Program-made: the position numbers and the translations under genes
Part shown: one piece after another, positions 1 through 9,680 of the stretch
Numbering within the stretch: the stretch's first letter is position 1
How the letters are laid out: every line of letters starts with the position of its first letter
Notes under the pieces: model-generated
The model's input: only the letters and a program-made list of their open reading frames with translations
Database searches by the model: none
What the model was told of the DNA's origin: nothing
Assembly (NCBI GenBank): GCA_041178425.1
Contig: JBEGVH010000031.1
Coordinates: 135,206-199,205, forward strand
Source of the DNA: Pseudomonadota bacterium
GTDB lineage: Bacteria > Bdellovibrionota > Bdellovibrionia > Bdellovibrionales > Bdellovibrionaceae
Reading direction: 5' to 3'
DNA length: 64,000 bases

Positions 1-576
1 CGATATACTTTGAATATTTCTCTTGAAGAGGCTGCTCGTGGTTGTGAAAAAACCATAAATTTTGTTCGAGTTCGCAATAACTCCGAAGAAAGTGCGAAGC
101 TTATCGTCACTGTTCCTGCTGGGGTGCAGCAGGGGCAGCGCCTCAAATTGCGTGGTGAGGGTGATGGTGGAGTGAGTGGCGGTCAATCGGGAGATTTATT
201 TGTCATTATTAACCTCCAAGATCACAGTCTTTTCCGTCGCGAAGGAAACGATTGCGTCATTGAGCTTCCAGTCACCTTTGCTCAGGCCATTTTAGGGGCG
301 GAGGTTGAAATCCCCACCCTAACGGGAAAAGCCTCTCTAAAGATTCCTTCTGGTTCTCACTCTGGTCAGATATTTCGTTTAAAAGGAAAAGGGTTTACCA
401 AAGTTGGTGGGTTTAGTGCTGGCGATATGCTGGTTAAGCTTATCATCGATACGCCGGAGACTATTTCGCAAGAGCAAAGAGAGCTCGTGGAAAAACTAAA
501 CCAATTGATTGGTGATACGCCCATGGTACGATCTTTCAGAGAAAAGATGGCTAATTATTTAAGGATGAAGAAATGA
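1..576 (+). CDS. DnaJ/CbpA-family co-chaperone, C-terminal part (5' end outside window)
   Basis: ISLEEAARG, VPAGV..GQRLKLRGEG..G..GDLFV and LGAEVEIPTL.G...LKIP.G DnaJ_C motifs. No CxxCxGxG zinc finger at the usual insertion point, so class II-like. Frame is open from position 1. Confidence 0.85.
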   Translation, partial: RYTLNISLEEAARGCEKTINFVRVRNNSEESAKLIVTVPAGVQQGQRLKLRGEGDGGVSGGQSGDLFVIINLQDHSLFRREGNDCVIELPVTFAQAILGAEVEIPTLTGKASLKIPSGSHSGQIFRLKGKGFTKVGGFSAGDMLVKLIIDTPETISQEQRELVEKLNQLIGDTPMVRSFREKMANYLRMKK

Positions 577-2528
577 AACTATTCGGAAGTTTGTTTGTAA
601 CTCTTTTGTTGTGCACTGCTTGTGCCTCTTTGCCAGAAGTGGACTCAACTCACGCACAAGATATCAAGCCTGTTCAGGCTGAGAGAAAGAATGATTTAAT
701 CGCCATCAGAAAGAAAATAAAAAACGGACGCCCCGAAGATAACATCAATTACTTGAATCAACAGCGGGGAGATCTAAAGGGGACTGAATTTGAACCCGAG
801 GTGGAGCAGCTTTTAGGTCAAGAATACTCTCGCCTGAATAAACACGCCGACGCCGGCATTTGTTACTTGAGAGCTGCGCGATCGAGTGCTGGGGCCGAGC
901 GTCGATTTAAACTTTGCCAGCAAGCGGGAAAGTCATTTGAATTAGCTAAAGATTGGGATCGCCTCAAGAAGAGCGTCGACTACTGTCTAACGAGCTTTGA
1001 GATCCCTTCCGAAAATATCCGTGATCTCAAAGCACAGAAAATTATTGCATTAGAAGCTGAGGGCGCCAACCCAGTTGAAATTTCAAAAGCCTATGTAGAC
1101 CTAACAGCCTCGTCACAAGGAGAGCTTGAGGGAAAGTATCGCGGTAAGGCCCTGCACTCCCTCGAAGGAATGGATCTTCGTCAGCTTGGTGAAGTTACGG
1201 CTGATAACGAATTTGGATTTTTGCGTGGACATGCCGCATACCGAATGGGTCAAATTTATTTGAGCCAGAGGGATACGGGCAATGCAAAGGAAGCGTTTGC
1301 AAAGACGACTCAATACCTTCCTGAAACGGAATTGGCCGAAGACGCGCAAAAGAAAATAGATCAAATTAGTATGGCGACAAACGTCAATCCCTCTACGGTG
1401 GGAGCGGTTCTTCCTTTGTCGGGCAAGCATGCAGGCCTTGGTCAGAAGTTACTGAGAGGCTTACAAATGGGTCTGGGTCTTGACGGAGAAGGAATCACAC
1501 CCATAAAACTAGCAATAGTAGATAGTGAAGGTAATCCAGACCTGGCGCGACGTGGTGTCGACAAGTTAGTGGCCGAAGATAATGTTGTTGCGGTGACGGG
1601 AAGTCTTTTGAGTAAGACAGCCAATGCTGTTGCTGATCAGGCGCAAGTTCTGAATGTTCCCAACCTTTCCCTTTCACAAAAACCAGGGTTAACCCAAATT
1701 GGCGAAAATATTTTTCGCTTCGGAATGACGAGTGAAATGCAAGTTCGCTTTTTGGTAAAGAAGTGCATGAAAGACCTTGGAATGAAGCGATTTGCCATTC
1801 TTTATCCGAACGATAAATTTGGTATCGAATACGCAAACTTGTTCTGGACGGAAGTCCTTGCGCGTGGCGGAGAGATTCGGGCTGCTCAGAGCTATGAGCC
1901 GGAGGAAATTGATTTTTCTGCCCCCATTCAAAGGCTCGTAGGAACTTTCTACCAAGAAGAGCGACAAGAAGAAATGCGATGGGCACTTAAGTTAAGATCC
2001 GAAAAACAGAAGGGCGCCAGCTCTCGCTCCAAATCGAGTGATGATCTCCTAACCCCCGTGACTGATTTTGATGCCATTTTTATTGCCGACGGGATCAAGG
2101 CTCTTGGCCAAATTTCTGCGATGCTTTCCTACAACGGAGTAAGAGGTAGTAAGCTCTTGGGTCTCAATTTATGGAATAATGAGTCTATTATAAAGAGAGT
2201 GGGTAACTCAAGTAACCAGGTGCTCTTCGTTGATAGTGCTCCACTCGACACGGCTTCCCCTGATGTACAGGCATTTGTCAGCCGATACAAAAGCCTCTTC
2301 AATGAGGATCCTGGTGTTTTTGAGGTTCAAGGTTTTGAAACGGGACTTCTTCTTAGCAAAGTCTTGTCTCAGAATGTTCGGTCGCGCTCTGACTTTCGGG
2401 ATAGTTTAAAAACCTTAGCCCCCTTTAAGGGGTTGTCTGGCTCGGTTTCTCTCAAAGAGGGGCGAGAATTTAGTAAACAACTTTACTTGTATTCTATAGA
2501 CAACAATCAAATTAAAATTCTTAATTAG
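573..2528 (+). CDS. LpoA/LppC-like lipoprotein (TPR region plus type I periplasmic-binding fold), putative PBP activator
   Basis: Lipobox-like CTAC; helical TPR-like N-half; VGAVLPLSG...GQKLLRG and FAILYPNDKFG motifs. 4-nt overlap with the dnaJ stop. Confidence 0.75.
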   Translation: MKLFGSLFVTLLLCTACASLPEVDSTHAQDIKPVQAERKNDLIAIRKKIKNGRPEDNINYLNQQRGDLKGTEFEPEVEQLLGQEYSRLNKHADAGICYLRAARSSAGAERRFKLCQQAGKSFELAKDWDRLKKSVDYCLTSFEIPSENIRDLKAQKIIALEAEGANPVEISKAYVDLTASSQGELEGKYRGKALHSLEGMDLRQLGEVTADNEFGFLRGHAAYRMGQIYLSQRDTGNAKEAFAKTTQYLPETELAEDAQKKIDQISMATNVNPSTVGAVLPLSGKHAGLGQKLLRGLQMGLGLDGEGITPIKLAIVDSEGNPDLARRGVDKLVAEDNVVAVTGSLLSKTANAVADQAQVLNVPNLSLSQKPGLTQIGENIFRFGMTSEMQVRFLVKKCMKDLGMKRFAILYPNDKFGIEYANLFWTEVLARGGEIRAAQSYEPEEIDFSAPIQRLVGTFYQEERQEEMRWALKLRSEKQKGASSRSKSSDDLLTPVTDFDAIFIADGIKALGQISAMLSYNGVRGSKLLGLNLWNNESIIKRVGNSSNQVLFVDSAPLDTASPDVQAFVSRYKSLFNEDPGVFEVQGFETGLLLSKVLSQNVRSRSDFRDSLKTLAPFKGLSGSVSLKEGREFSKQLYLYSIDNNQIKILN

Positions 2529-2719
2529 ATGAATCTTAAATTAGCTTAAGATGAATAATGGGCCTTTAGCTCAGGAGCGTTAGGCCTTTGTTTATTTGCT
2601 AAGCAAGATTTATTTTTTTGGTGACAGAAGTTTTCAGTTGGTTCTAACTCTCCAGAACTTAGCAACATGAGCATTGTGTTTTACACATGATCCTATTTTG
2701 GATTTTGGAGGGGGGTAGG

Positions 2720-3082
2720 ATGCAGGATGCCAGCTTGTTGTCGATGAAACAGGCGTTGGTCGCACGGAGGAGTGCGATTCTCAACAAGTCTGTGGAATTT
2801 ACGCGTGAACAGCGAGAGGAAGAGATTGGATTTTCTCGAGCTGATGAAGCGGAAATCGCCACCGTCGACTCAAATTTGAATTTGTCGTATCAAATTCACG
2901 AAAGAGACCGAACGAGTTTACTTCAGATCGATCGAGCTCTGAGTAAAATTGCCGACGGAAGCTTTGGACGGTGTGAGGACTGTGGAGGTTCTATTTCGCC
3001 CAAGCGTCTCGAGGCGCGGCCGTTTGCGCTTTATTGCATTGAGTGTCAAGAAGAGCGCGAGGCAGGTTCACTAAAGTCTTAA
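2720..3082 (+). CDS. dksA: DksA/TraR C4 zinc-finger protein
   Basis: IDRALSKIADGSFGRCEDCG..I...RLEARP.A.YCIECQ. ATG at 2720 follows a GGAGGGGG SD (the ORF track starts at 2687). Confidence 0.85.
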   Translation: MQDASLLSMKQALVARRSAILNKSVEFTREQREEEIGFSRADEAEIATVDSNLNLSYQIHERDRTSLLQIDRALSKIADGSFGRCEDCGGSISPKRLEARPFALYCIECQEEREAGSLKS

Positions 3083-3128
3083 TTTTCCGGTCTTTCAGAG
3101 TGGCCGAAAAATTTAACGACTAGCCAAG

Positions 3129-3176
3129 GACCTGGCTCTGGAAACAAATTTTTTAATTGTTTTCCAGAGCTAGGTC
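3129..3176. repeat. Long inverted repeat (about 19-bp arms) between dksA and lon
   Basis: gacctggctctggaaacaa (3129-3147) versus ttgttttccagagctaggtc (3157-3176): one G-T mismatch and one bulge. Confidence 0.7.
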
Positions 3177-3216
3177 TAAAAACAATTATCATTGGTCCAA
3201 TTTTAAAAGATTCACT

Positions 3217-3243
3217 TAAAGCTATCTTCAAAGAGTTCCGAAA
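3217..3243 (+). promoter_or_regulatory. Possible sigma28 (FliA)-type promoter for lon
   Basis: TAAAG-N16-CCGAAA, one nt longer than the fliC promoter in this window. Confidence 0.35.
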
Positions 3244-3308
3244 GAGTTTCTGAAAAAGTCGAATTTCTCATTTGAGATTTGATGGCTCGCTAAATGCGGA
3301 GGAGCTCT

Positions 3309-5723
3309 ATGAGTTTTGAAGATAAAGCTGTCGATAAAGTTTCTGTACTGCCAATGTTGCCAGTGCGGGATATTGTTGTCTTCCCCTATATGATTCTACC
3401 ACTTTTTGTTGGACGAGAGGCTTCGATCCGCTCGGTGGAAGACGCACTCACTAAAAACCGTTTGATCTTTTTGGTATCGCAGAAAGAGGTAGCGGACGAA
3501 AATCCTCAACCAGAAGGAATTTTCGAGGTTGGCACGATTGCTGAGATCATGCGAATGCGAAAACTTTCTGATGGGCGAGTAAAAATTCTCATCAAGGGTG
3601 TCGCAAAGGCAAGAATCAAAAAATACCATAAAACGGCACCTTCTTATGAATGTGAAGTTGAAGTGGTCGATGAGAATCAGGGCTCAACAGCACTTGTTGA
3701 ATTTGAGGCCATGATTAGAACGGCGAAGGAGCAGATCGAAAAGGTCATTGCACTTGGACGAGTTCTATCACCCGATATTCTTTTAGTACTAGACGATGTT
3801 GCTGATCCAGGCCGTTTGGCCGATCTTATTGCAAGCAATATTGGCTTAAAAATCACTGATGCCCAGAAAATTCTCGAGACCGCTAGTCATAAGGAGCGCC
3901 TCAAGCTAGTGAATGATTTGCTCTCTGCTGAACTTGAAGTTCTTCAGATGCAACAAAAAATCCGCAATCAAGCCAAAGATGAAATGTCTAAGTCTCAAAG
4001 AGAGTACTTTCTTCGTGAACAAATGCGCGCCATTAAGAGCGAGTTGGGTGAGCAGGATTCAAAAGCTGAAGAGATGGACGAACTTCGTGACAAGTTGATT
4101 AAGTCGCAAATGCCCCCGGCTGTAGAGATCGAAGCCATGAAGCAGTTGGCCCGACTTGAGAGAATGCATCCCGACGCTTCGGAAGCATCAATGGTTCGCA
4201 CTTATCTCGATGTTTTAATTGATTTGCCTTGGAATAAGAAAACAGAAGATAATCTTGATCTCGGAAGAGCCAAAAAAATCTTGGACGAAGATCACTATGA
4301 TTTACAACGTGTCAAAGATCGTATTCTTGAGTTCCTCGCCGTCAGAAAACTAAAAGCCGACATGAAGGGGCCAATCCTTTGTTTTGCGGGTCCTCCAGGG
4401 GTTGGAAAAACATCTTTAGGCCGCTCTATCGCGCGCTCTATGGGTCGTGAATATTTCCGTATCGCTCTCGGTGGTGTAAAAGATGAAGCTGAAATTCGTG
4501 GTCATCGTCGTACGTATGTTGGGGCGATGCCTGGAAAAGTAGTGCAAGCACTTCGACAAGTTAAGACAAAAAACCCGGTTATCGTGCTCGATGAGGTAGA
4601 TAAGTTGGGCAGTGACTTCCGTGGAGACCCAAGTGCCGCCATGCTCGAGGTATTAGATCCGGAACAAAATATTTCCTTTCGAGATAATTATCTCAACGTC
4701 GACTTTGACCTGAGCAATTGTTTGTTCATCGCCACAGCTAACGTTTTGGAAAACATTCCGCCAGCACTTAGAGATCGTATGGAAGTCATTCAGATTTCGG
4801 GTTACACTGAGAACGATAAGCTTTTGATTGCTAACAAACATTTGGTTGAGAGACAAATCGAGGCCAACGGACTGAGTAAAGAGAACATCACATTTACAGA
4901 TGATGGCTTACAATATGTTATTTCGCACTACACGCGAGAAGCGGGTCTTCGTAATCTCGAGAGAGAAGTTGGATCTGTTTGTCGGAAAGTGGCGAAGATG
5001 GTTGTTATGAACGAAACAAAACATCTCGAAATCACTCCCGATTCGGTGGTTGAACTTTTAGGACCCCCTCGTTATTTAAGAGATGAAAGCCTTAAAGATC
5101 CACAAGTTGGAATCGTTACTGGACTTGCTTGGACTCAAGCGGGCGGAGAAGTTCTGTATGTCGAGGCACTTAAAATGAAGGGCACTGGTGGATTACGACT
5201 GACTGGCCAATTGGGCGAGGTCATGAAAGAATCTGCACAGGCTGCCTGGAGTTATGCAAAAGCTCATTATAAAGAGCTTGGCATTGCCGAAGACTTTTTT
5301 GAAAAGTGGGAAGTCCACGTGCATCTACCAGCAGGTGCGATTCCTAAAGATGGACCTTCTGCAGGTGTTACGCTCACGACAGCTTTGGTAAGTTTGGCTT
5401 CAGATATTCCTGTTCGCCACGACATTGCCATGACCGGTGAAGTGACACTTCAGGGTCGAGTTCTTCCAGTGGGTGGAATTCGAGAGAAATGCTTGGCCGC
5501 CTTGTCTGCCGGAGTGAAGAATATCGTCATTCCTTATGCGAACAAGAAAGACATTGTGGACATTCCAAAAGAGTTTAAAGAGAAGATGAATTTTATCTTT
5601 GTAGAAAATGTTGATGAGGTCTTTAGTGTGGCCTACGACAAGAGCGCCAAGGGGAAGAAAACGCCAGTACCCAAAGGCGGTGGTAAAAGACCACGGTCAC
5701 CATCGGCAGCGTCAGCAGCCTAA
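3309..5723 (+). CDS. lon: ATP-dependent protease La (Lon)
   Basis: LON_N domain, Walker A GPPGVGKT, RGHRRTYVGAMPG, catalytic PKDGPSAG. ATG at 3309 follows GGAGG. Confidence 0.97.
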   Translation: MSFEDKAVDKVSVLPMLPVRDIVVFPYMILPLFVGREASIRSVEDALTKNRLIFLVSQKEVADENPQPEGIFEVGTIAEIMRMRKLSDGRVKILIKGVAKARIKKYHKTAPSYECEVEVVDENQGSTALVEFEAMIRTAKEQIEKVIALGRVLSPDILLVLDDVADPGRLADLIASNIGLKITDAQKILETASHKERLKLVNDLLSAELEVLQMQQKIRNQAKDEMSKSQREYFLREQMRAIKSELGEQDSKAEEMDELRDKLIKSQMPPAVEIEAMKQLARLERMHPDASEASMVRTYLDVLIDLPWNKKTEDNLDLGRAKKILDEDHYDLQRVKDRILEFLAVRKLKADMKGPILCFAGPPGVGKTSLGRSIARSMGREYFRIALGGVKDEAEIRGHRRTYVGAMPGKVVQALRQVKTKNPVIVLDEVDKLGSDFRGDPSAAMLEVLDPEQNISFRDNYLNVDFDLSNCLFIATANVLENIPPALRDRMEVIQISGYTENDKLLIANKHLVERQIEANGLSKENITFTDDGLQYVISHYTREAGLRNLEREVGSVCRKVAKMVVMNETKHLEITPDSVVELLGPPRYLRDESLKDPQVGIVTGLAWTQAGGEVLYVEALKMKGTGGLRLTGQLGEVMKESAQAAWSYAKAHYKELGIAEDFFEKWEVHVHLPAGAIPKDGPSAGVTLTTALVSLASDIPVRHDIAMTGEVTLQGRVLPVGGIREKCLAALSAGVKNIVIPYANKKDIVDIPKEFKEKMNFIFVENVDEVFSVAYDKSAKGKKTPVPKGGGKRPRSPSAASAA

Positions 5724-5759
5724 AACAAAAGAGGAGGGTAACCTCCTCTTTGTTTTTTT
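5722..5759 (+). terminator. Rho-independent terminator after lon
   Basis: aaagaggagg-gtaa-cctcctcttt followed by a T-tract. Confidence 0.85.
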
Positions 5760-5843
5760 GGAAAACACTTGGTTCTTTCCTGGCTTGGCCGTAAAATTCT
5801 AAGGGGCTTCAAAAAGGCTCCAGGCGGCAACTCAGGAGGACCT

Positions 5844-6311
5844 ATGCACGATCAATTCATGAAAAGAGCTATCGAGCTTTCTCGAGAACATATGAATGCC
5901 AACCATGGCGGCCCCTTCGGAGCGGTCATCGTAAAAGATGGAATAATAATAGCTGAAGGCTGGAATAACGTAACATCATCTAACGATCCAACGGCCCATG
6001 CCGAAGTTTCAGTTATTCGAAAAGCCTGTGAGGCCCTCAAAACTTTTGAGCTCATCGGTTGCGAAATCTACACAAGCTGTGAGCCTTGTCCAATGTGTTT
6101 AGCCGCCATCTACTGGGCCAGAATAAATAAGATCTATTTTGCAAACACAAGGCAAGATGCCGCTGCGATACAATTCGATGACGAATTTCTTTATCAGGAA
6201 TTAACTCTCCCCATTGACCGGCGTATGATTCCTATGGTTCAAGTGGATCGGGATGAGGCCTTGAAAGTTTTCAATGAATGGTCGGTAAAGTCAGATAAAT
6301 TAAGATATTGA
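5844..6311 (+). CDS. guaD: Guanine/nucleoside deaminase (cytidine deaminase fold, Bacillus GuaD type)
   Basis: GGPFGAVIV, HAE, SCEPCPMC, AIYWA and FDD motifs with C-terminal Tyr. ATG at 5844 follows AGGAGG. Confidence 0.85.
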   Translation: MHDQFMKRAIELSREHMNANHGGPFGAVIVKDGIIIAEGWNNVTSSNDPTAHAEVSVIRKACEALKTFELIGCEIYTSCEPCPMCLAAIYWARINKIYFANTRQDAAAIQFDDEFLYQELTLPIDRRMIPMVQVDRDEALKVFNEWSVKSDKLRY

Positions 6312-6322
6312 TTGGCTAAAAG

Positions 6323-7015
6323 ATGAATAAGAGTAAGGCAAAAAAGTCATTTATCACTCATTGGCAAAGACACCAAATTGTTTGGCTCGGAGTGGCTATG
6401 GTGCTGACTTCCATTTTGGCCATATTTTACATCGATCAGCCATTGACCCGTTGGATGCATGAGAATGTGCAACCCAAATTTTTGTCTGCGGCGGAAGTGG
6501 TCACATGGTTTGGCCTCGGTGACACCTATTTTATGATTGCAGTATTTGGTTATCTTCTTGCTCGATTGTTTACTAAAAAGTGGACTCATCTGGGCTGGGT
6601 GCGTAGATGGGGCGAAGCTAAAACAAATTTTATTTTTATGTTTTATAGTTTTTTTGTTTCAGGAATTTTAGTTTTATTTTTGAAAGCGTTTTTTGGGCGC
6701 TGCCGTCCCTATCATAGTGTCAATTATGCGCCCTTAGATTTTCAACCTCTGACTCTCGATTGGCACTATCAATCTTATCCCTCTGGGCATACGCAGGTGG
6801 GGTTTACTTTGGCGACCTTCTTATCAGTTCTTTTTCCTAAATTTACCAAATATTTTTATTGTTTGGCAGCGTTCATTGGATTTTCTCGAGTTGTTCTTGA
6901 GAAGCACTATCTTGGCGATGTTATTGCCGGGGCTTTTGTTGGAATTTTAGGAACCTATGTGGCGTGGCACTGGAGGGGCAAGTATCTCCTGCCCCACATA
7001 ACGCATCAGCATTAA
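6323..7015 (+). CDS. PAP2-family membrane phosphatase
   Basis: K....GR.RP, SYPSGH and SRV...KHY.GDV motifs; several TM helices. Confidence 0.9.
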   Translation: MNKSKAKKSFITHWQRHQIVWLGVAMVLTSILAIFYIDQPLTRWMHENVQPKFLSAAEVVTWFGLGDTYFMIAVFGYLLARLFTKKWTHLGWVRRWGEAKTNFIFMFYSFFVSGILVLFLKAFFGRCRPYHSVNYAPLDFQPLTLDWHYQSYPSGHTQVGFTLATFLSVLFPKFTKYFYCLAAFIGFSRVVLEKHYLGDVIAGAFVGILGTYVAWHWRGKYLLPHITHQH

Positions 7016-8290
7016 TTACTGAACTGAAAGACTCAAAATACTCATCTCTGGAACCGGGTTAGCACTTTCAATAAAGAATGTCCCGCTTCCGCCGTGGGCA
7101 GCCGTCACCGATTCCATTTTTGCGTTGAGGATTTTTTCAACCTTGAAGTCCATGGTTTTATTATCGGGAGTAATGAACTCACCAGCATCACCTAAGTTAA
7201 TCTTGTTGCGCACTTCGACGGCAAGAAATCCAGCCGGCGCTTCGTCGCGAGTAACGATCCCGCCAAATTTTTGAGAGTAATAGCGCGGAACACTAGTATC
7301 ATAGTTTTGCCCCTCAACGTCGGGTGTTTTTACCATGAACCCCGTGTGGTAACCTCTGTTGGCAACTTTATCGAGTTCTTTTAATAAACCAGGATCGAAG
7401 GTCTTTCCAGCCATCATATCATCGATCGCTTGTCGATAAGCACGGGTAACCATGGCTACATAGTACTCTGATTTTGTGCGGCCTTCGACCTTAAGAGAGC
7501 AAACACCAGCATCGTAAATTTCCTTGATGTGTTCAATGAGTCTAAGGTCTTTAGCGTTCATGATATAAGTACCATGTTCGTCTTCATCAATTTGATAAAG
7601 CTCACCCTTGTTGCGAAGGTCCTCGAGGTAATATTCTGAAGTATCTTTTTTAGTTTCAAAAAGGTGAAATTTCTCGCGGCAAGAGTTGTCGCAGACGCCT
7701 TGATTAGCATCACGATAACTAAAGTAACTCGACATTAAACAGCGGCCTGAGTAAGCAATACAAATGGCCCCATGAACGAAGGCTTCCAACTCAACGGTTG
7801 GAACACGTTCCTTAATTTCTTTAATTTCGTTCACCTGAAGTTCGCGGCTTAGAATTACGCGTTCGACTCCCATTTGTTCATGCCAAAATTTCACTCCTTG
7901 CCAATTCATTACGTTCGCCTGAACTGATAAATGAATTGGTACTTCGGGGTGTTTCTCTCTCACCATTGCGATGAGGCCGGGGTCGCTCATGATCAGTGCA
8001 TCTGGCTTTAGAGAGGCCCAATCGCTGATTTGGCGATCAAACTCTTTTATCTTTCGATTACGAGCAAAGATGTTAGCGGTAACATAAAGTTTTTTGTTCA
8101 TGGAGCGAGCTAGATCAATAGATTCCTTGAGGGCCTCAAGATTAAATTCGTTTTCGCGCGCACGCAGAGAAAACAGAGGCACGCCAACATAGGCCGCATC
8201 GGCACCATAGGCATAAGCAAAACGAAGTTTGTCGAGTGAACCTGCAGGCATCAATAATTCAGGACTCATGGCTGGTTTTGGCGAAGTCAT
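7016..8290 (-). CDS. trhP: U32 family protein, tRNA wobble-U hydroxylation (TrhP/YegQ)
   Basis: PELLMPAG, YGADAAY.G, HGAICIAYSGRC, N.G.C.N.CR, SLKVEGRTKS.YYV. Confidence 0.85.
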   Translation of the reverse strand: MTSPKPAMSPELLMPAGSLDKLRFAYAYGADAAYVGVPLFSLRARENEFNLEALKESIDLARSMNKKLYVTANIFARNRKIKEFDRQISDWASLKPDALIMSDPGLIAMVREKHPEVPIHLSVQANVMNWQGVKFWHEQMGVERVILSRELQVNEIKEIKERVPTVELEAFVHGAICIAYSGRCLMSSYFSYRDANQGVCDNSCREKFHLFETKKDTSEYYLEDLRNKGELYQIDEDEHGTYIMNAKDLRLIEHIKEIYDAGVCSLKVEGRTKSEYYVAMVTRAYRQAIDDMMAGKTFDPGLLKELDKVANRGYHTGFMVKTPDVEGQNYDTSVPRYYSQKFGGIVTRDEAPAGFLAVEVRNKINLGDAGEFITPDNKTMDFKVEKILNAKMESVTAAHGGSGTFFIESANPVPEMSILSLSVQ

Positions 8291-8580
8291 CTGGAAACCT
8301 CTTCAAGAAGGTGGGAGAAAATCAGCCTAGTTCCTAGCACAGGCTTGGAAACTATTCAAATGCGTGAATCCCCGATTTTGGTTGTTTGAAAGAAGTTCAG
8401 TCCGACAGGACTTTGGGTGTTACTCGACCCGATCAGCCCATGGCCCTATCGACTTTAGCCCCTAGCCATGAGTCCAGGTTTTCCCGTCGAAGGTCTAGTC
8501 CTCGACGAGATTTCGGTCCGGAAAAGCTCGAGGAAGGTCTAGTTCCTATCTGGCTTTGGTCCAGTTTTGGTTTCCTCGAC

Positions 8581-8607
8581 TAAAGGGTTACAGGACCTCG
8601 CCGATAG
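8581..8607 (+). promoter_or_regulatory. Sigma28 (FliA) promoter of flagellin
   Basis: TAAA-N15-GCCGATAG, near-perfect consensus about 120 nt upstream of the flagellin ATG. Confidence 0.85.
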
Positions 8608-8632
8608 GTTGGGTGTGAGTAAAACAATAACA

Positions 8633-8720
8633 AGCCCTCAGGAAAGGGCGGTTGATGCGAAGAGGAGTAGGAACCTCGACCTTCGACTGGAAAAGGAATT
8701 CTCATCACCTAATTGGAGGT
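8633..8720 (+). promoter_or_regulatory. Putative CsrA-binding 5' UTR of flagellin
   Basis: Six GGA motifs, one in a hairpin loop (gccct-caggaa-agggc) and the last overlapping the SD. Confidence 0.55.
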
Positions 8721-8724
8721 CCTT

Positions 8725-9558
8725 ATGGGAATGAGAATATCAACGAACGTGGCATCACTGAATGCACAGCGTAGCATGTCTGGCGCTCAGCGCGAGATTT
8801 CGAAGAGCTTCGCTCAGTTGTCTTCAGGGAGCCGAATCACCAAAGCTGCTGACGATGCGGCTGGCTTAAGTATCAGTGAAAACTTAAAGTCGGTTGGGCG
8901 AAGTATGCAGCAGGCGCAAAGGAACGCCAACGATGGTATCTCCATGGTTCAGGTCGCAGAGGGGGGGCTCAATGAGATTTCTAATATCATGACCCGCTTG
9001 CGCGAACTAGGCATTCAGGCCTCCTCTGATACCGTTGGAGATCGAGAAAGAGGCTTTATTAACAACGAGGTTCAACAGCTTTCGAGCGAAGTGGACCGAA
9101 TCGCAAAAACCACAAAGTTCAGTGGAGTGAATCTCCTCGATGGAACTGGGGTTAAGTTTGATTTCCAAGTGGGAATCAACAACACAGATAATCTAGATAG
9201 GATTTCCTATAATGCGGGCGAAACGAATGCAACGTCCGACAATTTAGGAATCGGAGGCTTCGACTTTTCATCAAAAAGTGGAGCTCAAGATGCCCTCAAT
9301 AAAATCGACGATGCTCAGGCACAGGCCAACGGCTATCGAGCCAACCTGGGTGCTCTACAAAACCGATTACAGGCCACCGTCGATAACTTAGGCGTATCGC
9401 ATGAGAACTTAGCTGCCGCCAATTCTCGAATCCGCGACACGGATATCGGTCAAGCATCAGCAGAGCTCACGCGAAACAACATCCTTCTTAATGCTTCGAT
9501 TGGCACCTTGGCGCAAGCTAACGTTGCCCCTCAGATGGCAATGAAGTTAATTGGTTAA
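8725..9558 (+). CDS. fliC: Flagellin (277 aa)
   Basis: MGMRISTN..SLNAQR, LSSGSRI.KAADDAAGL, RANLGALQNRL, SRIRDTD. ATG at 8725 follows GGAGG. Confidence 0.97.
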   Translation: MGMRISTNVASLNAQRSMSGAQREISKSFAQLSSGSRITKAADDAAGLSISENLKSVGRSMQQAQRNANDGISMVQVAEGGLNEISNIMTRLRELGIQASSDTVGDRERGFINNEVQQLSSEVDRIAKTTKFSGVNLLDGTGVKFDFQVGINNTDNLDRISYNAGETNATSDNLGIGGFDFSSKSGAQDALNKIDDAQAQANGYRANLGALQNRLQATVDNLGVSHENLAAANSRIRDTDIGQASAELTRNNILLNASIGTLAQANVAPQMAMKLIG

Positions 9559-9609
9559 TAAAATTTTTGAATTGGGGTGGACCTCCCAAGACCCCACGGT
9601 ACCTACCTA

Positions 9610-9631
9610 CCGGAGGGAAATTTCCCTCCGG
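9610..9631. terminator. Perfect palindrome/hairpin between convergent fliC and punA
   Basis: ccggagggaaatttccctccgg; no clear U-tract. Confidence 0.5.
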
Positions 9632-9680
9632 GTACCCTTCAGATTAGAGTTAATCTAAATCTGTTTGGTAAGTGAAGGAG

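Noticed and set aside
2594..2607. ATTTGCTAAGCAAG identical to 62549-62562 in cassette copy 2
   Set aside because: A single 14-nt AT-rich match between two places in 64 kb is expected by chance; no flanking similarity.
8386..8583. 65-aa ORF upstream of fliC
   Set aside because: TTG start without an SD and no protein features; the region is better explained as regulatory DNA.
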